Shown here in pieces: positions 56,029 through 64,000 of a stretch of 64,000 nt of DNA (positions within the stretch are counted from its first letter, which is position 1; each line of letters opens with the position of its first letter). The stretch is from NCBI GenBank assembly GCA_012728655.1, contig JAAYEQ010000009.1, forward strand, positions 431 through 64,430, written 5' to 3'. The position numbers were made by a program, and so were the translations under genes. The notes beneath the pieces are model-generated. The model saw only the letters and a program-made list of their open reading frames with translations, had not been told where the DNA came from and searched no databases. This DNA comes from Syntrophomonadaceae bacterium. GTDB taxonomy: Bacteria > Bacillota > Syntrophomonadia > Syntrophomonadales > DTU052.

Positions 56029-56790
56029 TTGTTGCTGGCAGGTCTGATGGTCTTCGCACTGGTTTTCACCGCTGTTGGCTGTGGTGGAGCTAACGAAAGT
56101 GGAGATCAGAATCAAAAACCGGTTCTAAAAGTGGGAACCAACGCTACCTTCCCCCCGTTTGAAATGCAAGAGAATAACGAGTTTGTCGGATTTGACATGG
56201 ATTTGATCCGGGCGATTGGCGAGGAACAGGGCTATACGGTCGAGATCACCCATATGGATTTCAAGGCCCTGATACCGGCTTTGAATAACGGGAAAATCGA
56301 TGCCGCTATTGCCGGGATGTCCATTACCCCTGAGCGTCTTGAATCGGTAGATTTTACCGAAGCGTATTTTAATGCCGGTCTCATTATTGCGGTAAGAAAC
56401 GACAATGAAACCATTAAGACCACCGAAGATTTGAAGGGCAAGAAACTCGCAGCGCAGAACGGAACAATTGGCGCGGCTTACTGCGATTCAGTCAAGGCAC
56501 AGGATCCCAAGACAGAAGTAAGAGTATTTGACGATATCGGTGCGGCATTCATGGAACTGGAAAAAGGCGGAGTCGATGCAGTAGTTAACGACCATCCGGT
56601 TACTGCCTATTACCTGAAGACAACCGAAAACACTAAACTCAAAATGGTCGGAGATATCTTCTCTGCAGACGATCAATACGGAATCGCGGTAAAGAAAGGC
56701 AACCAAAAATTACTCGATACGCTGAACGAAGGTCTGCAGAAGATCAGAGACAACGGCAAATACGACGAGATTTATAACAAGTGGTTTTAA
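56029..56790 (+). CDS. polar amino-acid ABC transporter substrate-binding lipoprotein
   Basis: Lipobox TAVGCGG. GTNATFPPFE and GFDMDLIRAIG (PBP type 3). An in-frame ATG-AAG-AAG-TAA lies directly upstream (see findings). Confidence 0.85.
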   Translation: MLLAGLMVFALVFTAVGCGGANESGDQNQKPVLKVGTNATFPPFEMQENNEFVGFDMDLIRAIGEEQGYTVEITHMDFKALIPALNNGKIDAAIAGMSITPERLESVDFTEAYFNAGLIIAVRNDNETIKTTEDLKGKKLAAQNGTIGAAYCDSVKAQDPKTEVRVFDDIGAAFMELEKGGVDAVVNDHPVTAYYLKTTENTKLKMVGDIFSADDQYGIAVKKGNQKLLDTLNEGLQKIRDNGKYDEIYNKWF

Positions 56791-56810
56791 GATAATTTAA
56801 AATGGAAATG

Positions 56811-56842
56811 GTGAGCGCGACGGGCAACCTCGCGCTCTCACT
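56811..56842 (+). promoter_or_regulatory. intercistronic stem-loop between the binding-protein and permease genes
   Basis: GTGAGCGCGA-cgggcaacc-TCGCGCT(CT)CAC hairpin (8 bp plus 2 bp with a bulge) followed by TTTGCC. Typical position for an mRNA-stabilising or attenuating hairpin in ABC operons. Confidence 0.4.
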
Positions 56843-56869
56843 TTGCCTATGCAGGAGGATAACTATTAT

Positions 56870-57568
56870 ATGCCCGGTTTGGAATTGTTTGGTCTGGGAT
56901 TTCTGGACAGCATAACATCGCAGTACGGTTACAGAGTTGTTACTAATAATATAGGATACTTTTTGGGCGGTGCCTGGTACACTGTCTTCATTACCGCCAT
57001 ATCTTTGGCCATAGGAATGGTTTTGGGGTTGTTTGCCGGTCTGGGCAAGTTGACATCCAACAAGTTTTTGTATTACCTGTCTACCGCCTATATTGACTTC
57101 TTCCGGGGAACCCCCTTGTTTGTACAGATATTTCTCCTCTACTTCGGTGTTCTCCCCATGATTTATGATAATGATCCGGTATCCTCAGCCATTATCGCGT
57201 TGGGTTTAAACAGCGGCGCTTATATCGGCGAGATTGTGAGGGCCGGGATTCAGGCGGTAGATGTCGGCCAGATGGAGGCCGCACGTTCTCTGGGCATGAA
57301 TCACCGGCAGGCCATGACCTATGTTATCCTGCCGCAGGCATTCAAAATAGTTATCCCGCCGCTGATTAATGAGTTTATCGCTCTATTAAAGGATTCATCG
57401 CTGGTGTCAGCCATATCCGTAGCCGAACTGATGCACCGGGGGGACCTGGTATTCGCCAACACCTATCAGGCATGGGTCTTCGGCGCGGTTGCGGTAATCT
57501 ATTTCATAATGACCAAGACTATCTCTGTTATTGGAGATCACGTTGAAAGGAGGCTGGCAACCGATTGA
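56870..57568 (+). CDS. amino-acid ABC transporter permease
   Basis: His/Glu/Gln/Arg-type permease signature ([28 protein letters not shown]). Start at ATG 56870 downstream of AGGAGG; 56843 (TTG) is possible. Confidence 0.88.
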   Translation: MPGLELFGLGFLDSITSQYGYRVVTNNIGYFLGGAWYTVFITAISLAIGMVLGLFAGLGKLTSNKFLYYLSTAYIDFFRGTPLFVQIFLLYFGVLPMIYDNDPVSSAIIALGLNSGAYIGEIVRAGIQAVDVGQMEAARSLGMNHRQAMTYVILPQAFKIVIPPLINEFIALLKDSSLVSAISVAELMHRGDLVFANTYQAWVFGAVAVIYFIMTKTISVIGDHVERRLATD

Positions 57569-58287
57569 TCAGGGTAGTCAATCTTCACAAATCGTTCGGA
57601 CATCTTCATGTGCTGCGAGGGGTCAATTTCTCCGTTGCTCCCAGTGAAGTGGTTTGCGTAATCGGGCCCAGCGGTTCCGGCAAGAGCACCCTTTTGCGCT
57701 GTATCAACCAACTGGAAAAAGCCGACTCCGGGCATATCTATATTGATAATGAAGAATTGACACATCCCAAAACGGATATTAACAAGATCCGCCAGCAGGT
57801 GGGCATGGTTTTTCAGCTGTTCAACCTCTTCCCTCATAAGACGACCTTGGAAAACATTACCCTGGCCCCGATCAAGATTAAAGGGGTTGATAAGGCCGCT
57901 GCGGAAGAATTGGCCATGGAGCTTTTGCGAAAAGTTGGTTTGACCGACAAGGCTCACGTTTATCCGAACAAACTCTCGGGAGGACAAAAACAGAGAGTCG
58001 CCATTGCCCGGGCTCTGGCCATGCAGCCGAAGGTGATGCTGTTTGATGAGCCCACCTCGGCTCTGGACCCGGAAATGGTTGGGGAGGTCCTGGCGGTTAT
58101 GCAGGACCTGGCGGTAGAAGGTATGACCATGGTGGTTGTTACCCATGAAATGGGATTTGCGCGCGAAGTAGGCGACCGCGTGGTCTTCATGGATGAAGGG
58201 GTTATCATGGAAGAAGGAACGCCGGAAGAAATATTCAATAACCCGCGCAACCCCCGCACCCGGTCATTCCTAAGCAAGGTCCTGTAA
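57565..58287 (+). CDS. amino-acid ABC transporter ATP-binding protein
   Basis: [37 protein letters not shown]. Confidence 0.93.
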   Translation: MIRVVNLHKSFGHLHVLRGVNFSVAPSEVVCVIGPSGSGKSTLLRCINQLEKADSGHIYIDNEELTHPKTDINKIRQQVGMVFQLFNLFPHKTTLENITLAPIKIKGVDKAAAEELAMELLRKVGLTDKAHVYPNKLSGGQKQRVAIARALAMQPKVMLFDEPTSALDPEMVGEVLAVMQDLAVEGMTMVVVTHEMGFAREVGDRVVFMDEGVIMEEGTPEEIFNNPRNPRTRSFLSKVL

Positions 58288-58406
58288 AACCAAATAACAG
58301 GGAATAGCGTGCTTTAACATCCCGGAACATGGTCAGGCTTTAATTAGCGAAGCATAGAGCCATTGTAAATAACATGCGGTTCGGCGATTATGTAGGCGAT
58401 TATGTA

Positions 58407-59063
58407 TCAGTTGCGATGCAAATACGGCGTATAACCGTTTGTGCCTGAATTGTAGAAAACCGACATGGCTTCGGAACGGTTGCGCACCTGTAATTTGCGG
58501 AATGTATTGCGCAGGTGGGTCTTTACAGTCGATTCCGATATGCACAGGGATTCTGCTATCTCCTGGTTGGAGAGGCTCTTGCTCAGCAAACTTAGAATCT
58601 GGCGCTCTCTGGTAGTCAGCAAATTCAGGTTGCAGTTCGATCCGTTTTGAGCATTGTTCTTGTTCAGTTGTCCGGGATTCATCCGGGGCAAGCACAGAAT
58701 ACCTGCGACAGCCACCAGTTCAACGGCATTCACGATCTGCCGGGGAAGCAGTCTCATGGGAAGCAGTCCCCGCAGGCCGATGCTCAGGAGCTCATTCACG
58801 TCATATCTTCCAGGATCCTCAACAATTGCCACCGGCAGCAACAGAGGACACTTGATGAGCAGCTGCTTGACCATCGGTATACATACATCGTCCTCAATCT
58901 TAAGTACCGCCACGTCCGGCTGCAGCCGTGAAGCCGCATCAATTATTTCCTCGAATGGTACGTCATCCATTATCCTGAAGAGGTGGCTCTCCTGAAAGGC
59001 TACCCTCAGGGTATTTGCATATACTGGAGAATCACTGCATAGCATTACCCGAAATTGACTCAT
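58407..59063 (-). CDS. LuxR-family transcriptional regulator with degenerate receiver-like N-terminal domain
   Basis: C-terminal LuxR HTH (LTTRERQILSLLSKSLSNQEIAESLCISESTVKTHL). The N-terminal receiver-like fold lacks the usual acidic pocket. ATG 59063 lies 6 nt after GAGGA. Confidence 0.75.
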   Translation of the reverse strand: MSQFRVMLCSDSPVYANTLRVAFQESHLFRIMDDVPFEEIIDAASRLQPDVAVLKIEDDVCIPMVKQLLIKCPLLLPVAIVEDPGRYDVNELLSIGLRGLLPMRLLPRQIVNAVELVAVAGILCLPRMNPGQLNKNNAQNGSNCNLNLLTTRERQILSLLSKSLSNQEIAESLCISESTVKTHLRNTFRKLQVRNRSEAMSVFYNSGTNGYTPYLHRN

Positions 59064-59685
59064 ATTAATCCTCGTTCCCCATAGTACTAATCCTTTATAC
59101 AAAAATTTTAGTGCATTTTGCTAATCGAGGCAATAGACTTATTACCATTTTATGTTTAGTGAATTCAATATACTACAAAAAGATAATTATGGCAATCGCT
59201 AATAATTGTGGATTATGACTTTTCAGCGATGCTTTTCTGAGTATTAATTCTTATTACTACCTGTAGTACACTTCAATACCTCTTTCCTCACCTCCAACCT
59301 AATCCCAAATCAAATAAACGGCGAAAATTTCCATAATAGTTCATGCCTGTGATGATTTTTGGACTAGTTGCCCGGTTGAACTTCAAAACCAGGTTTGTTG
59401 ATTTTAACCGGTTACACTGGGAACGACAGCCTTCGCCCTTCAATATCGGTAGTAGTCGGGGAACTAATCTCGATTCATTTGCAATCAGCTCATTGTATCA
59501 CCGGATCCAAGGTAATACCTGGGTTTTTGAGCCATATCAATAAGCCTGTACCCTAAAACCGGGGCTAATTAATGCGTAACTGTTTTTCCCTCTTTCGGGC
59601 AGTAGAAGTTTAGGGATTTCATGGATTATTCTTAAATCGTTGAGTAAGCTTTGTGCACACCGGTACCGTAAGGAGGGTGATGCAG

Positions 59686-61506
59686 ATGAAAACAAGTTTG
59701 ACTTTGCCTTGGCCGATGATAAAACTGATGTCTATTTACACAGCATCTCAACTCAATTTACGTCACACCAATCCAGAGGACAGTTTTTCCCTTGACAACT
59801 GTGAAAGAAAAGCGATTCGTTGGGTAAGAGTCATCTTGCTCGTGTTCACTTCCGTTTTTTACCTGGTGGGACCGCCGGAGAACAGTTTTTATATCAAACT
59901 GGGAGTGGTACTGGCACTGGCTGTGGCTTCGGTATTGGCTCACAACCTGTATGAGACCTGGCATGTAAAATACCGGCCGACCCAGAACACGCTGCAAACA
60001 GATGAAGAGCAAGAAACGGCTCGCAACTACCTGTTGAAGATTGTATTTACTGAAATCCTGGGAATCTCGCTGCTCATTATTCCTACCGGGGGTCTTGACA
60101 GCCCCTTTGCCTGGTATGCCTTAAACCCCATTATAATGGCCGCATATTTTGCTCCCGGCTTCTTTAGCTGGGTGGCATTGGGTGTCTTCCTTTCCCTTGC
60201 CTGTGGGGTGAGTAGGATGTACCCCGGAATTGGTTCCTATTTTCCTTTTATAGTTGAACACCTGAGCCAGCTGTTGGTGTTCTTCCTTACAACCGGCATT
60301 GTGCAGGTGGCGGCAGCCCTGCACAAAATGTTGGTCCATGCTTATGACCGGGCGGAAGCTGCCCACCAATCCAGTGAAAGAGCCCTGCGGCATATATCGT
60401 CACTTTACCATGCCCTTGAAGCCTTTAACAGCCGGGAGGATCAGCAGCAATTGGCTGAGGTTCTGGCTGAGTTTACAGCCCGTCTCGCATCCGAACCGGC
60501 GGCCTGCCTCTTGCAGAAATCGAGCTCCGACCGGTTATCACCGGAAAACATGGTTTTGTGCTCCACCCCGGCATCACCCGGAGTCGAAATCGACTGGCAG
60601 GCAGTAATGCAACAGCTGTGGGCCCGCGTAAATCACGGAAATGAGTTTCTGGTCCACGTCCTGGGTGCCAACAGCCGGATTACGGCAAGGACCATCGTGT
60701 CTCAGGGGCAGTGTTTCGGCCTTTTGGCTTTCTGGGACAACAATCTTGTCAACCAGGAATACAAAGACCGCAAGAAGACTCTCCAGTTCCTGGCTGACCT
60801 CGGGGGCATTACGCTTGAACGCTTCCACAGCGATCAACTATGGGGTCGCCTGCTGGTAAGCGAGGAACAGAACCGGATATCCAATGAACTGCACGATACC
60901 ATCGCCCAATACCTTTTCAGTATCAACTGTGCCCTGCATGCCCTTTCCTGCGAGGATGCCGGCCTGCAAGACGAAAGAATTCAGGAACAGCTCAAACTTG
61001 TCAGAAGCACAGCACAGCGCGCGGCCACCGAACTGCGCAGTTCCATATACAAACTCAACCCGACCCAGCGCGGGGAGAGCATCTTCATCGATACCCTGGC
61101 TTCATATCTTGATGACCTGGGGCGCCTTAACAGTGTAAAGGTTGATCTGCAGGCTGAAGGCAACGAGGAGATATTGAGCCCAGATCTGCGTAAAGGCCTG
61201 TACCGTATCGTAAGAGAAGCCTGCAGCAATGCGGTGCGGCATGGGAAATGCACATCTTTGGAGGTTTCGCTTTCCATTTCCCCCAAGAAAACAGTTTTGT
61301 CCATTGTGGACGACGGTTGCTCGTTCAACATTAACTCGGCCAAATGGAAACCGGGTTTGGGAATTAAAAACATGAAGCAGATTGCGGCCGGTTTCGACGG
61401 TGAGGTTGAAATTCTGCATAATCCCAACGGTGGGACCGTGGTATTATGCACCATACCCAAACCGTGCGCAACGGCCATCAACTATAAGGAGGCTATAGTG
61501 ATATGA
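59686..61506 (+). CDS. sensor histidine kinase (HisKA_3/NarL-partner type) with polytopic membrane and GAF-like domains
   Basis: About 5-6 TM helices, then an H-box ISNELHDTIAQYL and an HATPase region (REACSNAVRHG, GLGIKNM). ATG 59686 follows AAGGAGGG. Confidence 0.85.
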   Translation: MKTSLTLPWPMIKLMSIYTASQLNLRHTNPEDSFSLDNCERKAIRWVRVILLVFTSVFYLVGPPENSFYIKLGVVLALAVASVLAHNLYETWHVKYRPTQNTLQTDEEQETARNYLLKIVFTEILGISLLIIPTGGLDSPFAWYALNPIIMAAYFAPGFFSWVALGVFLSLACGVSRMYPGIGSYFPFIVEHLSQLLVFFLTTGIVQVAAALHKMLVHAYDRAEAAHQSSERALRHISSLYHALEAFNSREDQQQLAEVLAEFTARLASEPAACLLQKSSSDRLSPENMVLCSTPASPGVEIDWQAVMQQLWARVNHGNEFLVHVLGANSRITARTIVSQGQCFGLLAFWDNNLVNQEYKDRKKTLQFLADLGGITLERFHSDQLWGRLLVSEEQNRISNELHDTIAQYLFSINCALHALSCEDAGLQDERIQEQLKLVRSTAQRAATELRSSIYKLNPTQRGESIFIDTLASYLDDLGRLNSVKVDLQAEGNEEILSPDLRKGLYRIVREACSNAVRHGKCTSLEVSLSISPKKTVLSIVDDGCSFNINSAKWKPGLGIKNMKQIAAGFDGEVEILHNPNGGTVVLCTIPKPCATAINYKEAIVI

Positions 61507-62144
61507 GGTTGATTCTAGTCGATGATCACCCCATGGTATTGCAGGGAGTCAGTTCCGTTATCAACAGCCAGAAGGACATGAAGGTGGTTGGGACTGCTTC
61601 AACCTGCGATGAAGGACTGCGTCTGCTCCGCGAACTGCAGCCGGATCTGGCAGTCGTGGACCTGAAGATCGGCAACGACTACGGCCTTGACCTCGTCAAG
61701 CAGGGCCGCAGCATTGCTCCCGGTTGCCGTTTCATAGTCCTCACGTCGTTCAGCGATGGCTTCTACATCAGGGAGTGCCTGTCCCAGAAGGTTGAAGGCT
61801 ACATATTAAAGGAAGCAACCCCGGAAGAATTCCTGGTCGCCATCCGCCTGGTCGCCCGTGGCAGGAACTACGTTGACCCTGCGGTCATGCAGCAGATCAT
61901 CTATCATGACGACAGTGATCCGATCGAACAGCTTACCTCCCGGGAGAGAGAGGTTCTGGAAGCACTGGCCAAGGGTATGTCCAACCGTGAAATCGCTGCT
62001 GCACTCTATATTACCGAGTACACGGTAAAGAAGCACGTCAGCCAGATTCTGGACAAACTCGAACTGGCCGATCGCACCCAGGCCGCCCTGTACGCTTACT
62101 CGAAAGGCATGGGGCGCGGGAGCGAACTCTCTCTGGTTGTCTAA
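61503..62144 (+). CDS. NarL/FixJ-family response regulator
   Basis: LILVDDHPMV, DLAVVDLKIG (phospho-acceptor Asp present), LuxR HTH LTSREREVLEALAKGMSNREIAAALYITEYTVKKHV. The start overlaps the kinase stop (ATGA). Confidence 0.9.
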   Translation: MRLILVDDHPMVLQGVSSVINSQKDMKVVGTASTCDEGLRLLRELQPDLAVVDLKIGNDYGLDLVKQGRSIAPGCRFIVLTSFSDGFYIRECLSQKVEGYILKEATPEEFLVAIRLVARGRNYVDPAVMQQIIYHDDSDPIEQLTSREREVLEALAKGMSNREIAAALYITEYTVKKHVSQILDKLELADRTQAALYAYSKGMGRGSELSLVV

Positions 62145-62345
62145 TGGTAACGGCGGTAATGGTTCATGCGTTTATGGTACTAAAGTATACCCCGCATAGT
62201 GTTCTAAGGTGAGTCAAAGTCTAGCCTGTGGTGTGTGGGAGAAGCCCCCGCCCCACAGTACACTAAAAACAGACAAGGTATGCAAATATCAGTAAGGCAA
62301 ATTGCCAACTGTATAAACTCCGACAAAAGTATGGAGGTATCGCAA

Positions 62346-63077
62346 GTGAGAAGAAATAGAAGGCAAGGTAACAAAACCAACGGAACCATCAGGTGGCGTT
62401 TAATAATCACCGTTTTCGCACTCACCCTGGCGCTGGGCCTCATGGGAACAGCAGCAGCTCAATGGTCTGATTCAATATTTATTAATGAAAAAGCGATTAG
62501 CACCGGTCAACTCTGTGTTGTGTTGGCCAAGCCAAATGCCGGTTCTGACAATAATGTCACAATCGACTTGGAAGAGCCTTTCTGGTGTGAATATCATCGT
62601 GATTATGAATCTCATGAAGCGAAAATGACTGTGAACAAGATACCTAATGGCAAATTTATAAACTTCCAGTTGACGATTCGAAACCACAGTACTATTCCCG
62701 TTAAGTTGGGAGAGCCTATTGTGACCTGGGAGAACACAAATGCTTTTACCATTGAGTGGACGGAGTATCCTGATGAAATAATTGACGGCAATACAGATAC
62801 CAACAATATCCATGGCAAATTAAAGGTCATTGACCCTGATAATCCACCTGAAACCGGCACCTATAACTTTAGTATAGTCATTCCAGTACGAGCATGGAAT
62901 GATTCGGGAGGCCTCGGCTGGAGTGAAAACCTTTATATTAGCGGTCAAGTAATGTACGAGAAGAAGGGCAAGGGTAATGGTGGCAGCCCGGTTATCGATA
63001 GTGTGCCCAATTCTGGAGAGCAGTTGCCTGTAGATCATTTGGCTGTAGAGCAATTGGCCGGAGAGCAATTGGAATAA
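62346..63077 (+). CDS. TasA/camelysin-like secreted protein (SipW-type signal peptide)
   Basis: Basic N-terminus plus a hydrophobic core, then GTAAAQWSDSIFINEKAISTGQL (compare TasA GGGTWAAFNDIKSKDATFASGTLDL). C-terminal FSIVIPVRAWN resembles the TasA FSFEATQWN strand. GTG 62346 lies 8 nt after GGAGG. Confidence 0.6.
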   Translation: MRRNRRQGNKTNGTIRWRLIITVFALTLALGLMGTAAAQWSDSIFINEKAISTGQLCVVLAKPNAGSDNNVTIDLEEPFWCEYHRDYESHEAKMTVNKIPNGKFINFQLTIRNHSTIPVKLGEPIVTWENTNAFTIEWTEYPDEIIDGNTDTNNIHGKLKVIDPDNPPETGTYNFSIVIPVRAWNDSGGLGWSENLYISGQVMYEKKGKGNGGSPVIDSVPNSGEQLPVDHLAVEQLAGEQLE

Positions 63078-63259
63078 CGAAAGCTTTTAAATCAAACCAC
63101 TGCGGCATATACCGCCGCTGGTTATAAAGTAAGAACTCAGCATCAAATGACATGGAAAGGAGGTCAAGGGTCAACGAAGTTTCCAATACGGTGTTGTAAT
63201 TCACACCGTTTAACATCAAAAACATTTATATCAAAACACATCTTGAGGAGGCGTATATT

Positions 63260-63988
63260 GTGAAAAGAATTAAAGTTTTGGCACTGGTATTGGTATTTGC
63301 CTTTGCTGCTCTCGGCGGAGCCTATGCAGCATGGTCTGACAGCATCTTTATCAATGAGACCGTCAACACTGGTACAGTAGATATCCAGTGGCAGAATGCA
63401 AAAACGAGCGATGGTGCGGGTACTGGAGGTTATTATAAGTATATCTACTTCTTTGGGATCCCGGTTTGGAAGTATTGGGTATGCGGCACTAACGGTGACT
63501 GGGATAGGCAGGCTGATGGCTACAATAACGACGGAAAGCTTGACGTGGCCTCCAAGCTTGTAGAAATTGGTGATGAAGATGAACTAGTAGCTGAAGGAGC
63601 CGGAGCTGGTCCCGACAACTATGTCAGAGGCCTGGGGGATTTGCTGGAGATTACCCTCGATAATGGTTACCCCGGATACACTGCATATGTTACTGCTGAT
63701 ATAGCGAACATCGGTACTATTCCTGTAAAGTGTGATTTTGCTGAAGTAGTAGGCAGTGAAGTTCCCGAGTGGATGATTGTCCGCATCATTGATAAGGACG
63801 GAGTGGAATACTGGAATTCTGTAGACGGACAGTTGGCTGCTACACCGACCATCGAGGCCGATGGCAAAATCACCGTTAAGATTCACGAAGAAATCCTTGA
63901 TAATGCACCCCAGCTTGCTGAAGCCACATTCTCCATCGAAGTTGTCGGCATTCAGTGGAACGCCCACGGAGTGCAGCAGGCACAATAA
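63260..63988 (+). CDS. TasA/camelysin-like secreted protein (SipW-type signal peptide)
   Basis: MKRIKVLALVLVFAFAALGGAYAAWSDSIFINETVNTGTVDI and C-terminal ATFSIEVVGIQWNAHG closely mirror the TasA N- and C-terminal signature strands. GTG start 8 nt after GAGGAGG. Confidence 0.7.
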   Translation: MKRIKVLALVLVFAFAALGGAYAAWSDSIFINETVNTGTVDIQWQNAKTSDGAGTGGYYKYIYFFGIPVWKYWVCGTNGDWDRQADGYNNDGKLDVASKLVEIGDEDELVAEGAGAGPDNYVRGLGDLLEITLDNGYPGYTAYVTADIANIGTIPVKCDFAEVVGSEVPEWMIVRIIDKDGVEYWNSVDGQLAATPTIEADGKITVKIHEEILDNAPQLAEATFSIEVVGIQWNAHGVQQAQ

Positions 63989-64000
63989 TAGTTGAACCGT

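Noticed and set aside
63147-63263. 38-codon ORF (MTWKGGQGSTKFPIRCC...) between the two TasA-like genes
   Set aside because: It has no SD of its own and it overlaps the SD and start of the downstream gene. Its composition is unremarkable. The hairpin ACGGTGT-tgtaattc-ACACCGT inside it (about 63200) lacks a U-run, so it is not called as a terminator either.

Overview
Dense chromosomal segment with no rRNA or tRNA genes, CRISPR arrays or obvious mobile elements. The gene content suggests an anaerobic, probably spore-forming Firmicute of the Clostridia/Peptococcaceae type; this is inference from FabK-type FAS II, DegV, HypAB, tungstate uptake, a sigma-54 activator, LysM/M23/Dac cell-wall genes and TasA-like proteins. 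Order of content: (1) M23/LysM cell-wall genes. (2) A TPP-riboswitch-controlled thiM-thiE-HAD-thiD operon, followed by a DUF89 gene. (3) Sensory genes: an MCP, an HD-GYP protein and a hemerythrin. (4) A long minus-strand operon, ACAD-SDR-SDR-etfB-etfA-fixC-fixX(-ACAD), with a good -24/-12 sigma-54 promoter and a divergent sigma-54 activator. (5) A D-Ala-D-Ala carboxypeptidase gene, hypA/hypB, an Fe-S protein gene and degV. (6) An ArsR-regulated P1B-2 metal ATPase. (7) A MacAB-like efflux system. (8) A translationally coupled XRE-ACAD pair. (9) An SPFH/Arc-like pair followed by about 300 nt of structured non-coding sequence. (10) A FAS II/ACC cluster, fabH-fabK-fabD-acpP-fabF-fabZ-accD-accA. 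(11) A Moco/Tuco-riboswitch-controlled tungstate transporter with two TupA paralogues. (12) An OYE-type flavin oxidoreductase gene. (13) An amino-acid ABC transporter. (14) A LuxR/NarL-type two-component locus followed by two TasA/camelysin-like secreted proteins. No clear-cut novel multi-gene system such as a defence island was found. The most interesting items are: a promoter-to-terminator RNA with CsrA-like CAGGA hairpins (about 2113-2354); the sigma-54/ETF-Fix acyl-CoA oxidation locus; the structured 300-nt region at 41.9-42.2 kb; the dual-TupA riboswitch operon; and the TasA-like locus at the right edge. All homology statements rest on motif recognition by eye, and no database search was run.
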